DNA of 64,000 nt from Octopus sinensis. Taxonomy: Eukaryota. The DNA is taken from contig NC_043000.1 of assembly GCF_006345805.1 (NCBI RefSeq), positions 100,688,001 to 100,752,000 on the forward strand, read 5' to 3'. This document shows, in pieces, positions 11,443 through 23,503 of this stretch. The notes below the pieces were generated by a model. That model worked only from the letters and a program-made list of their open reading frames with translations, did not search any database and was not told the origin of the DNA. The position numbers were made by a program, and so were the translations under genes. Within the stretch, counting starts at the first letter, position 1, and each line of letters opens with the position of its first letter.

Positions 11443-12960
11443 TGACTTGAGACTATATGCCAAGAACATGTATGAGGTGAAAAAGAGTTTTGACCAGGTT
11501 ACACCATTCTCAATGGATATAGGGTTGGAGTTTGGTTGCTATATGTTTGTGAAAAGAGAGAAAACTGTAAACCAGACTAGCATCATCTCCATCAACGACT
11601 TAACTGTTTCCCCTGAATCTGATGAGTAATGTTACAAGTATCTAGGGGTGGGTGAATACATATCTTACAATGGCACGTGTAACAAAACATATGTCACTAA
11701 AGAATATTACAGTCGAATAAAGGCAATTGAGATCTCGGAACTCTCTGCAGTCAATAAAGCAGTGGCTCACAATGTGTTTGCAGTGCCAGTACTCATACCA
11801 ACATTTGGATTGCTTGATTGGACGCTTGGTGAGATCAGAACCATTGATGTGAAAACCCGGAAGATACTAACCAGCACACATAATTTCCACATCACTAGCG
11901 ACATAGACTGCTACTACCTAAAACAAAAACAAGGCGGCAAAGGCTTAATATCGATCCAGACTGCCTTTGAATGTCGTATCGCATCCCTTCGCCAACATTT
12001 ATTAACCGCCTTGTGTTGAAGTGTATGCCTTGACCAAGTTTGCATACTTGAAACTGAAGACTTTTAAGAGCAACATTCTTTGCCTGATAACCTAGAATAC
12101 ATGCCCAAAGAAGTCGCACGACTCTACCGCAACGCATCATCAGATGAAAGGATGGGCCTATATGAGCAGAAGATATATTAGTAGAAAGCTCCGAGATGAT
12201 AATAACATTGATCATCAAAACTGTCTATCATGGACCAATAGCCTCCTACTTTGAAGGGTATGTGTTTGCAATCCAGGAAACGGGAATATCAACCAACCAA
12301 ATACTTGATGCACAAAAGGGATAGAAATGCAGGAAAAGCAATAAAATGTGACAACCGATGCAGACTTTGTGGAGATAACACCGAAGATATCACCCAGATC
12401 ATAAGCAGCTGTCTGAAAATGTCAATACGGTATTATCTATCGATAAGATATGATGTTGTAGCTAGCACATTATATGAGATCCGTCTGAATGTTAACCCGA
12501 GGACAATGAAATAAGAACCTACAATACGGTAGAAGCCATAGCCAGTCATAATAAAGAGGAGTACTGGTGAAGACCTCTATTAAATATAAACACAATAGAC
12601 CAGCTACCCAGTGGATGTTAACATAAAGATAAAGATTAAAGAAAAAGAAAATACGCTGAACTATTGAGAAGTCTGCAGTTAATCTATCCAAATTACAAGT
12701 TCAGGTTTATACCTGTAATTATTGGGACACTGGGATATGTAACACACTGACTAAATATCAATCTTGAGAAATTAGGTTTCTCAAAATCACAAAGGAGGAA
12801 GCTGATTCGAAGATTATATATCCACTCCATCGCTGGAACTGTAAAAATTTGTAAAAACTTTCCAGAAGTTTAATCATTTAAGTATATATGAGCATGTCTA
12901 GACATGCAACTATATGCATGAGAATACATACATAAAACAAAACATACAAATCTACACTTA
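11443..12960 (+). mobile_element. R4/Dong-clade LINE, lineage B, 5'-truncated pseudogene
   Basis: YKYLGVGE..., NVFAVPVLIPTFGLLDWT..IDVKTRKILT..SDID..GGKGL, CRLCGDNTEDITQIISSC, RYD motif and RLE remnants; flanked by (CATA)n. Confidence 0.85.
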
Positions 12961-13762
12961 TACATGAATCCATACATATACACACACATGCATACATGCA
13001 TACATACATACGTACATACATACATACGTACATACATACATACATACATACATGTATGCATGCATACATACATACATACATACATACATACATACATAGA
13101 CAGATAAATATATAGATATAGTAGACAGGTAGATATATTTACCTATCATCTTATAATAATTCTGCTTGTCATTGTGTTACTTAGCGTGTCGATGACGCTT
13201 TCACGTGATTAGAGAAAAAGAGGGAAAAAGAAAAGAGAGAGAGCTAAAGAGAGGGAGAGATAAGCGTCCATAGCTGAGGAAGAGACTATGTAACGTTTTC
13301 ACGTGATTTGTTGAAGGGAAATAGAGGAGAAAGAAAAAAGAGGATAATGCGAAGAGTGAGACAGAAAGAGGGAGAAAGAAAAAGAGGGAGAGAGAAGCTT
13401 TCATGACGTGAGGTTGGCGGAACGTAACATTTATTACGTGGTTATTTGAAGTTAGAAGAGGAGAATTAAAAATATGATTTTAGTAGAGGGGTGATGTTCT
13501 GATGGTGAAGTCAAAGAAAGGCAGAGAGAGGGGAGAGAGAGGAGGGAAAGAAAGAGGAGAGACAAAGGAGGAGAAAGAGATGATGATGATGGTGGTGGTG
13601 ATTGGATAGTGAAAAGTGTATTTCTTTGAAAATTGAACCAAGTATTTTTTTCTTTTTATATCATCTTTCACTTAACGCATGTGCATAAGAGCAATTCCGT
13701 GAAATATCCACACTTATTTACGTGGCAGATATATGCAATTTAAGTAAATGTTGTATCATATC

Positions 13763-14174
13763 GCGCAGGAGTGGCTGTGTGGTAAGTAGCTTGCTAACCA
13801 ACCACATGGTTGCGGGTTCAGTCCCACTGCGTGGCATCTTGGGCAAGTGTCTTCTGCTATAGCCCCGGGCCGACCAATGCCTTGTGAGTGGATTTGGTAG
13901 ACGGAAACTGAAAGAAGCCTGTCGTATATATGTATATATATATATATGTGTGTGTGTGTTTGTGTGTCTGTGTTTGTCCCCCTAGCATTGCTTGACAACC
14001 GATGCTGGTGTGTCTACGTCCCCGCCACTTAGCGGTTCGGCAAAAGAGACCGATAGAATAAGTACTGGGCTTACAAAGAATAAGTTCCGGGGTCGATTTG
14101 ATCGACTAAAGGCGGTGCTCCAGCATGGCCGCAGTCAAATGACTGAAACAAGTAAAAGAGTAAAGAGTAAAGAG
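13763..14174 (+). mobile_element. SINE family 1, full-length reference copy (tRNA head, CORE, internal (TA)n(TG)n, second conserved half, (AAGAGTA)n tail)
   Basis: gcgcaggagtggctgtgtggtaag...gggttcagtccc head; CORE-like ca(c/t)cttgggcaagtgtctt; at least 14 related copies in the window. Confidence 0.92.
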
Positions 14175-15748
14175 TATATGTACGGGATATAATTTTTATG
14201 CGGGAAAAATGGGAAAATAATAGTGAATATTTATTTCATAAGTGCTGTGTATTAAGTCTATGAAATTGTGCATAAATTATATAAATTGTATAACTAAAGT
14301 GCATTGTCATCATCGTATTCCAATTCCTTTCACTTTTCAATGAGTCGCAGATGAGCTACTATCTTTCCATACAGACACAACACAGGCTATGCTTTTAGAG
14401 TTTTTGGATAAAGTTTTCAGAAATAACCCAATAGATTTACCATTATTGAGCGCTTGGTATTCGTAAAGTTCGAGTTGTAAAAACGCACCTATGTCGTTCT
14501 CACCCAAATTTTAAATGCAGGAAACTGAATTAGTGAATGACTCAGAAACTTATAAGTAGTGACGTTATTGTTCACAAACTAAAAAACAAAATTAAAAAAA
14601 AACGAAAAGAAAACATATAACATAAATGAATAAATGTTAGATAATTGTCTTAATTATCTGGCAACAGATTGTTCGACTAGGAAAGGAACAATAAGGGTGT
14701 AGACTCCTGAAATACCTAAGCACAAGACAATTTGATGCAAATGAAGGTCTAGACATAAATCATTTTGTCATTTTTTTTGTATTCTTTTTGTTTCTTTTTT
14801 ATTCTTTAGTGAAAGACTCAAATATAATTTATGTGTTTTCGCTATTCTTAATTTATTGATTAAAGATTAAACGCCATATATCAGCTCTGATATAATTTGA
14901 ATCGGAACAGTGAAATCCCGATCTTGAACTAATCAAAAAAGCATTCAAGGTCGAACGAAAAGTACCAGATCCTGTCAGAGAATTCAGAATTCCAATCAAT
15001 GGAATCCAAGAGAAATATTTTATCCACAATCGGCTTACTAATCGCAGCTTTGATGCAGTATTCTTAATCCTATATGGAGAGTTATAACGATTCATAAAGC
15101 CGATATTTATCTATGGCTTCAACAATGTTTAGCATATGAAAGACAAATCTTCGCTATTCTAATCCCTCGGATATAACTTGTTTATTCCAGGATAAAATAT
15201 CGGTTACTCTCTATATTCCAAGTCATGGTAACTTGTACCCTTTAGAATCAACTTCTTTGTTCAAGAACAACACAATAGTTGTAATATAACAATTGCGAAC
15301 TTCAAGACTTCCTATTTCTTTATACATTTATACATAAATTTTGAGTCTAACTACACGCAAAAGACCAAGGAATATCAGGGATATTGTTGAGATGCAAAGA
15401 GAATTATTGAGGAAATTTCTTTGAAACTGTTTTCAACAGGAGCGTCAACATGCAAAAAAAAAGGTTCTCTTTCGTATCGTTCTCCGTTGAATGGTGTTCA
15501 ATTTATCATATTGATTCTTTACAAGACAACAGGCTCACCGAGAAGGGTGTACAGCCAGCTGTCACTCGCGATTGATTAGTGTTTGGTAACATGTAACCAT
15601 GCATTTGTTAATTATTTTAGGTGTCTGTGTAGTCGCCAGCAGACATTGCAAGCCTTTCGGTTGCTTCAACCTTAAACCGGCGGAACATCTGAAATGTGAC
15701 TGATAGGGAAGGATGGAGAGTGAGAAAGGGAGACTCGGAGAGCGAGAG

Positions 15749-15784
<36 letters not shown>

Positions 15785-15935
15785 ATTACTCAATTTTGCC
15801 AACTGAATGGATTGAAGTAACGTGAAATGAAGTGTTTTGCTCAAGAACACAATGCATCACCCGGTGCAGGAATCGAAACTACAATCTTACGATCATGTGT
15901 CCAACACCCTAACCACTAAGCCACGCGCCTCTACA
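15785..15935 (-). mobile_element. SINE family 3, 5' part
   Basis: gaggcgcgtggcttagtggttaggg...tttcgattcc head and ttgtgttcttgagcaaaacactt CORE-like block. Confidence 0.8.
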
Positions 15936-16609
15936 GCTGGTGTTACTGCGATGAAGTGATCCCATTTGTCTCCGTTCTTTTCTGGAAAGAACAGTTGCAG
16001 CAGCAGCAGCAGCAGTAGCAGCAACAGCAGCAGCAGCAACAATAACTACAGTCTTCACCTCAGGGGGCCTGCTGGCGCCCGCTGCTCTTTTTGTGTTTTC
16101 TGTTACCTTTCTTCTTAGCAGAACTTACTCAAATGATCTTTAGTGGCGCACATGAAGTAAATGGGATTTCTGCTTTATCTATCTAATCCGACTGATCTCT
16201 TCTCAGTTCGTTCAATGAAATATAACACTGGGATAGTTATATGGTCATTAGAGAGAGGATTCATTGAGACCTGACAGCTATGCAGATGCCCTACACTTGA
16301 CAACACGTTGTTACTGGTCAACTCCTCGATAATACCATACCCGTATGATTCTCTTAAGCTAATGACGTCTATACTAATACCCTTGACCGTAAAACCCATG
16401 TGCTATAGCATCAACCTGAGGGCAACTGAGTGTTGCTCCAGTTCTGCCTGTCATTGATACCCGGCACTTTCTTCTATAATCCATGCTCCGATTGAGGGAA
16501 CACACATTATTCCACTGACTGACTAAAGCAGGTGTCCCCAAACCTTTTAGACCATCGAACTTTTCATGGGATCCTTGACCCCCATGAGCGATCCCCAGGC
16601 ATGTACAAA

Positions 16610-16640
<31 letters not shown>

Positions 16641-16924
16641 TAATAAAGTAGATGCGCCTTTATCGACCCCTTGAATAGTCCCATCGACACCACCACCCAA
16701 GGAGTCGATAGACTACTTTGGAGACCCTAGGACTAAAGCTTTCGCTAACTTTCATTTTTCCCCCATGTCATATGGAATCCTATTTTCCGTTTTTAAAAAA
16801 AGTATTATATCACCTTCCCTTACGGAGTTCTCTAGAGAAATTCCTCGACTAAGTATATACTTTCTTTGCTGTATATTACTTCCACACTTTTTCTTTCGTC
16901 TAAAGTTGACCGATCCAATGTCAG

Positions 16925-17215
16925 TAATTCCCTATTTGGCTTTCAGTGCTGGCAAAAGATGAATTCCTGTTGTTGTGTACGAAAGAATGAAAGGCAGAAT
17001 CGAACTCGGCGGTATTTGAGCTCAGAACGCAAATAATAATATTAACAACAACAATAACAATGATAATAGTAATCATTTCTGTTATAAGCACAAGGCCTGA
17101 CATTATTTAGGTCGGAGTAGGGGTTAGTGCATTACATCGACTCCATTACTTATTTCATCAATTCCGAAAGGATTAAAGTCAAAGTAGATCTCAGCGGGAT
17201 TTGAACTCAGAACAA
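16925..17215 (-). mobile_element. Two diverged SINE family 2 fragments in tandem
   Basis: aatgaaaggcagaatcgaactcggcggtatttgagctcagaac and aaagtagatctcagcgggatttgaactcagaac match the family 2 core/B-box. Confidence 0.65.
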
Positions 17216-17221
17216 AATACC

Positions 17222-17453
17222 TATTTCTTTATTACCCACAAGGGGCTAAACACAGACGGGACAAACAAGGACAGACAAACGGATTAAGTCGATTATATCG
17301 ACCCCAGTGCGTAACTGGTACTTATTTAATCGACCCCGAAAGGATGAAAGGCAAAGTCGACCTCGGCGGAATTTGAACTCAGAACGTATCGGCAGACGAA
17401 ATACGGCTACGCATTTCGCCCGGCGTGCTAACGTTTCTGCCAGCTCGCCGCCT
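17222..17453 (-). mobile_element. SINE family 2, full-length copy
   Basis: High identity to 8717-8939 and 44670-44898. Confidence 0.92.
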
Positions 17454-18385
17454 TTATAATAACAACAACAACAGCAGCAGCAGCAGCAGCAGCAACAACA
17501 ACAACAACAATAATGATAATCGATAAGAAATTAATTATAAATCCAGCATCTCTATTCTTCGAGTGAGACTTTAAACATTTTAGCAGACATTTCTGTAATT
17601 ATAGAGAATTTATTAAACAGTCCTCTAATTTTGATCGACCATCACTTACAGTTTCTCATTTGCCAGATGTTATTTTTTTTCTTTGTTTTTCTTTTTTTTT
17701 TCTTACTCTCTGATTTGAACGGTTTGGTTCAAGCTTGTAATTAAGTAAAATATTATATAAAGTAATCAGTGGTTTTATTTTAAGTTTGATTATTCTCTTA
17801 TCGTTTTTTTTTTCGTTTTATTTTATGTTTATATGCTAGCTTTTTGGCTAGTTGGCTAGTTGGCTAGTTGGTTGTATTTATTCTTCGTTTCGTTTAGATT
17901 CGACTTTTTTTTTTTTTTGATTTTCGTACTTTTTTTTTTATCTCATTTCTAAATTCAAATAATTGTTTTATTTTTCTTTCTTTTTCTTTTTCATTTTTAC
18001 TGGCCAGCAAATCATTTCGGCATTTGCTATTTTGTCTTGATAAACATATGTGATTTTGAATGCATGTGTATGTGTCTATATGTATGTGAAATTATGTGTG
18101 CATATGTGCATATCTGTGTGAACGTATATGTAGGCGGATATATGTATTGGTGTGGTGTATATGTACATATGAGTGTGTGTATATCTGTATCTATCTACGT
18201 GCATTTTTACAAGTGTCTATATATTTGTTCTGTCTGTATCTAAGTGTGTCTGTCTGAATGCGTGTATGCATGTGCGTGCTCGTATATATATATGTGTGTG
18301 TGTATGAGGGGTAGAGAAAGAGAGACAGTGTGTGTATGTATGTATGTATGTATGTATGTATGTCAATTTAATCAATCAATCAACT

Positions 18386-18629
18386 AATCATATCTGTCGG
18401 GCATGTGGAAGAGAGTGTAATTCGGCAGGAGGACTTAAACGACATGCAAAGGTACATGAAACCCAGTTACAACTACAGCCGGCTATTACCGGTAAAGGTT
18501 TTAGTTGCCAATTCTGTACAAGACATTGTAGATCTTTGGCTGGGCTAAAAAGTCACATTCGATCACAGCACCAATAGCAGTTAAGCTTCGTGCAATGGCC
18601 ATACTCGATAACGAGGGGGCAGCCATAAT
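18386..18629 (+). mobile_element. RTE-clade LINE 3' end with C2H2 zinc fingers
   Basis: ICRACGRECNSAGGLKRHAKVH and FSCQFCTRHCRSLAGLKSHIRSQH*; 3' UTR nearly identical to 53002-53060; (TATG)n on both sides. Confidence 0.85.
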
Positions 18630-19738
18630 TTGTATGTATGTATGTATGAGTGTCTGTTTCTCTGTCTAGATGGATAGATAGAAACATACATACATATACA
18701 CATACATACATGCAGACATACATATATACAATCCCTTTCGTACAAAATACACAGGTTTGCATATACATGCTCACAAACACACACACACACACACACACAC
18801 AAATACACAGAGACTCATAAGGTTATACATACATTCATGTATACACATTGACTTCGAGCGTACAAAGGCCAGCGTCATGGATCGGAAAGTGTGGCATAAC
18901 ATCACTGGTATCCATCATCTAGCGGCACCCACAACAGCCTATTGGTTGAGAGAAGTGCCTCACACCGCAGGCGCCAGCTATGAATTAATGAAGACAATAG
19001 CCTGTAGATACATAAATCTAAAACACGTGGTTACGTATGTATGTATGTATGTATGTATGTATGTATGTATGTATGTATGTATGTATTTTGTATGTATGTA
19101 TGTATGTATGTATGTATGTATGCATGAATGTATGTATGTATGTGTGTATGTATGCATGTATGCGTGTATGTATGCATATCTTCATACACACACACACATA
19201 CTACGACCAACACCACCTTGCATGGGTGGGGCGCCATTAGAACAAACGCTAAAACAAGTTTGCTATCGCAGCCTTCTCAATACATTTTGGTTTGCCAGGT
19301 TAAAGACTTCTCCTGTCGTTCTTTCCTTCAATTCACAACAAAAGAAAACCTGACTTATGATTTTACCACTTCTAATGGTTTGCAAAAATTAAATTAGTTG
19401 AGCTTTGTTGCTGATGTCTGTACTTTCATCGATTTGTAAGGCCCGCAAATTTTCGAGTTCATTTCTTGCTTCAGTGAAATGTTCGAGAAGCTGATCATCA
19501 CTGTCTCGCGAATTGACTTGAATTTTACGAGAAATCGTGTGGGCAGACAAAAGTATGGTCTTAATTTGTTTGGCGGCTTCATCACTAATCATCGTGTCAA
19601 CGGTGATCTCCAAGGCTGGTAGAATTATGTTTTCGGCATCAGAATGTAGTTTTTCCTTTTCTGCCAAAAGCTGGAGTCATGTAACAAGCTATTTGTGCTT
19701 TCTCGGTAATTGGGTGAGATGTTTTCAGCCTTTCTCAT

Positions 19739-20146
19739 TACTCTTTTACTCTTTTACTCTTTTACTTGTTTCAGTCATTTGACTGCGGCCATGCTGGAGC
19801 ACCGCCTTTAGTCGAGCAAATCGACCCCGGGACTTATTCTTTGTAAGCCCAGTACTTATTCTATCAGTCTCTTTTTGCCGAACCGCTAAGTGATAGGGAC
19901 GTAAACACACCAGCATCGGTTGTCAAGCAATGCTAGGGGGACAAACACAGACACACAAACACACACACACATATACATATATACGACAGGCTTCTTTCAG
20001 TTTCCGTCTACCAAATTCACTCACAAGGCATTGGTCGGCCCGGGGCTATAGCAGAAGACACTTGCCCAAGATGCCACGCAGTGGGACTGAACCTGGAACC
20101 ATGTGGTTGTTTAGCATGCTACTTACCACACAGCCACTCCTGCGCC
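19739..20146 (-). mobile_element. SINE family 1, full-length copy inserted in the hAT transposase
   Basis: Reverse complement of 13763-14174; splits the transposase reading frame. Confidence 0.92.
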
Positions 20147-20448
20147 TATTGAATATTTAAATTGTTTTTTATCACCTCAAAGTATTCTATTGGTTTGTCC
20201 TTATGTTGTGGATGATTTGTTATTAAATGACGTTGAAGTTTACTGAAAACCATCGCTTCATGTAAAGTGTTGTTAAACAAATCATGCAGAAAGGAACCGG
20301 GTTGTCTTTTTCCGATAATATAAAACCATATTTCCTTTTGATGAAGTGGACCTTTTATTCTGGTGTTCGTCTTATTTGCTATGACTCTCTCATTTTTCTG
20401 AGGTCTCAATAAAAATTTGTCCGTGTTTAAAACTTAAACTAAAAATCG

Positions 20449-20651
20449 ATTCTGTTGTGTCTGGGGAGAGTCATTTTCTTTTTGTGCCTTATAATTTAAC
20501 ACACACACCGGTAAAATTTACACTTGTTTCTTATTTTTCGCAACGAAAATTTTAGGAAAATAAAAATAAGAAATAAGTGGAAATTTTACCGGTGAGTGTG
20601 TTAAATTATAAGGCATAAAAAGAAAATAATTCTCCCCAGACACAACAGAAT
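20449..20651. repeat. About 90-bp-arm imperfect palindrome upstream of the hAT ORF
   Basis: attctgttgtgtctggggaga...ccttataatttaacac...accggtaaaattt is mirrored by aaattttaccggt...gtgttaaattataagg...tctccccagacacaacagaat. Confidence 0.9.
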
Positions 20652-21032
20652 ATGCTTCAACACACGAACTCACATAAAGAATCTTGCAAAACAAATCCAA
20701 AAATGAAATAAAAATCGATTAAAATTAACATAAAATAATTTATGTAAATTATAAATAAATCAACAATTTAAAAACAACTAGGACTACTAAACAATTTACT
20801 TACAGACAATTCCGGTTTAAATGCAGAAATGTAAAATATTGTAGCAAAAGTGCTGTTCGTTGTGTAACGAAATTAATTTATATTCACCGTATTTTACGAT
20901 TTATACGATTAATTTATATTTACGCTCGAACTTTGCAAATGTTCTGGGATCGTTGTTTCTCGAAAATCCCAAAAATATTTTTCGCGTCACTCCAGAAATC
21001 TCACGCGTCACAGAGTTTGACTGACACTGATT

Positions 21033-21073
<41 letters not shown>

Positions 21074-21074
<1 letters not shown>

Positions 21075-23321
21075 TGTTTCTTTATTAGCCACACAGGGCT
21101 GCCACAGATAGAACAAATTACAAGGTAGAGCTTTTCTTTTGAAGGTATAAAAAAAAAAAAAAAAAAAAAAGGAAGGGGGAGGTTCGATCAAAAGGGATCG
21201 TAAAAGGAGAGAAAGAGGACAAAATAAGGGGGGTTTTTAAAAAAAAAAAAAAAAAAAAAAGGGGGGGGGGAGAGGAAAAAAAAATGATCAATAGGGATCG
21301 TTATCACAGAAATGTCAATATGAAGTGTAAAGGGGAGGACAGGTGAGGTTTACCCGTGGAAAGAAAAGCCTGCGGAAAAGACCACGGTAACCTCGGTCAA
21401 TGAAGTCACATTTTATATTTCTTTTTTTTTTTTTTTTTTTTTTTGCAAATAAGCAACTCTCTGTTTTCGATTTCTGGGTTCATAGGACTATGCTCAAGGT
21501 GGCTTCGTCATTCATACGTGCCATTCTTGCTACATTCACCCATCTTTTTTTAAAACATTCGCTAGACAAAACTTGCCTCTCTACTCTCATTCCTTTTCAA
21601 GTGGTACTTGAAGAAGTTGATGAGAGATTGACCAGAGAGGAAAGTGTTTGTCTCCAATCCTTTCAGACGCGTCCACCAGATACATCTTCGCCATAGCCAC
21701 AAGGATGAAAAATAGCTCTTCCTTCCCGTTTGAAGGAAGGAGGCGTGACAATATTGACGATAGACTCAGCTGATAAACCGACTCGTCCCACACGTGACAG
21801 CAGTTGTTCGACATAAGCCCACAGGTCGAAATGTTGGACACTGAAAGAGTGCGTGCAGAACGGTTCGTCGCTCTGACCGCATCTCGGGCAGGTCGGCCCC
21901 GTGTTTCTCGAGCCGTGTCTGTAGAGCTTATCCGAACGGGTAGCGCTTCTCGTAGCACTGCCAGGCCAGGGATCTCTGGAAGTTGTCCATGGCCCTGGCC
22001 CGAAAGTCGTCCCGAACAGGCGGGTCAGGTACTCCTCGTCGACGTCCAGGTTCGCCCCGAGCTCGTCGTCGTACCTCCCCTCCACTAACCCCTATAGAAT
22101 GCTTTGGTTGTGTTGAAGTCACTTAAGGTCGACCCAGGACGGCAGAGTTGCTTGAGAGCAACGCGACACTCGCGGTGCCATTCGCCCTTCCTCGGCCTCT
22201 TTTTGATCCACGACTGCAGTTCGGTCATGGAGACGAGCTGCGGGAAAGCGTGCCTCACAAACGGCGACCACACCTGTTCACCGTCGTCTACATAGAGCCA
22301 GAGATGTCGCAGTCTCAGCGCGTGTCTGCGCATCATCAACCACGGCATGCCAGCCCTCCTTTTAACGGGTGTTGACAGCAAATGGATCGCCTGACCATCG
22401 GGACGCATCCTTTCCACAAGAAGCGAAAGAGGATGCGTTGTAGTTTGGTGATGGTAGGGTCGGGACAAGGTACGACGGTCAGGGTAGTAGATGACGGACG
22501 CGATGTTACGTGTTCGCCACCTCCGCTCGACCTTTTAGGGACAGTTCCTCTCGGCCCATTGCCGGGCGAGAGTGACCACCCTACTCGTTATCTCGTTCCA
22601 GTTCTTCTCCACTTGGAGGTCCGGACCAAACCAGACCCCGAGCAACTCAACCGGGCCGTCGGTCCAGCGTCCCACGACGGAGGCGCTGGTGGACGGCATG
22701 GGCTTGCTTCTCCAGGTGCCTAGTCGCAAGCCCACTGACTTTTCCCGGTGATTTTCGCTCCTGTCACCGCTTCGTAGTTTTTCAGTGTCTCGCCGACCAG
22801 CTCGATGTGCTCGTGGTAGACACTATGACGGTGACGTCGTCCGCGTATGCAGACACGTCGTCCCGCATCCCAATTCTCGCGGGATGCCCCTTAGAGTCGC
22901 CAGCTTCCGCAGTAGTGGCTCAAGAGTCAATACGTATAGAAGCGCCGAGAGGGGGTCCCTGACGGACCGAACGTGCAATGTCGAAAGGTCTCGATAGATG
23001 TCCATTACGCGAATTACGAACGGATGCCTCTGTACAAGGCAGCTATCCAGCGCGGAAAGACGGGACGACCGAAACCAGCCGCTCTCAGGACTCCTCCAAG
23101 TATCGATGGTCTACCCTATCAAAGGCTTTTGATTGATCCAAGTTGATCAGGCCCCACCCATGCCAGGTTCGTTAACTACCCTGTCTATGATGTAGCGCAT
23201 CAGATGGAGGTGTCATGGATGGTCCGGGCTGGCACGGCGCATGTTTGCGCCTTGTCGACCAGTTTCTCGATGACAGCGCCAACCTCTTGGCTAGCACCTT
23301 GGCCAAAATTTTCAAGTCTGC

Positions 23322-23322
<1 letters not shown>
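21074..23322 (-). mobile_element. Tx1/L1-clade LINE, 5'-truncated, with complete 3' UTR
   Basis: GC-rich; ADLKILAKVLAKRL, LDQSKAFDRVD, VRQG.PLSALLYVLTLEPLLRKL, YADD, GVWFGPDLQVEKNW, CPRCGQSDE knuckle; ends aataaagaaac; many 1-bp frameshifts; (TCTA)n on both sides. Confidence 0.9.
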
Positions 23323-23381
<59 letters not shown>

Positions 23382-23468
23382 TATAGGATAGACATATATA
23401 CATAGATACATACATACATATATACATACATATATACATACACATGCATACACCCACACACTCTCTCG

Positions 23469-23503
<35 letters not shown>

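Larger units (their letters stand above)
19245..21029 (-). mobile_element. hAT (Charlie/Buster-type) DNA transposon, 5' half, pseudogenised and interrupted by a SINE
   Basis: SKLQRHLITNHPQHKDKPIEYFE (BED-finger region), AENIILPA...LSAHTISRKI...ALQIDESTDISNKAQL, CCELKERTTG...SVCSNGAPPMQG; CAGTG-type terminus at 21029. Confidence 0.88.

Noticed and set aside
14853-15095. 80-aa minus-strand ORF with a hydrophobic stretch, superficially receptor-like
   Set aside because: No conserved motif; in-frame stops immediately upstream.
18332-18577. C2H2 zinc-finger host gene
   Set aside because: Same sequence and 3' UTR as the RTE LINE end at 53002-53600; no splice signals.
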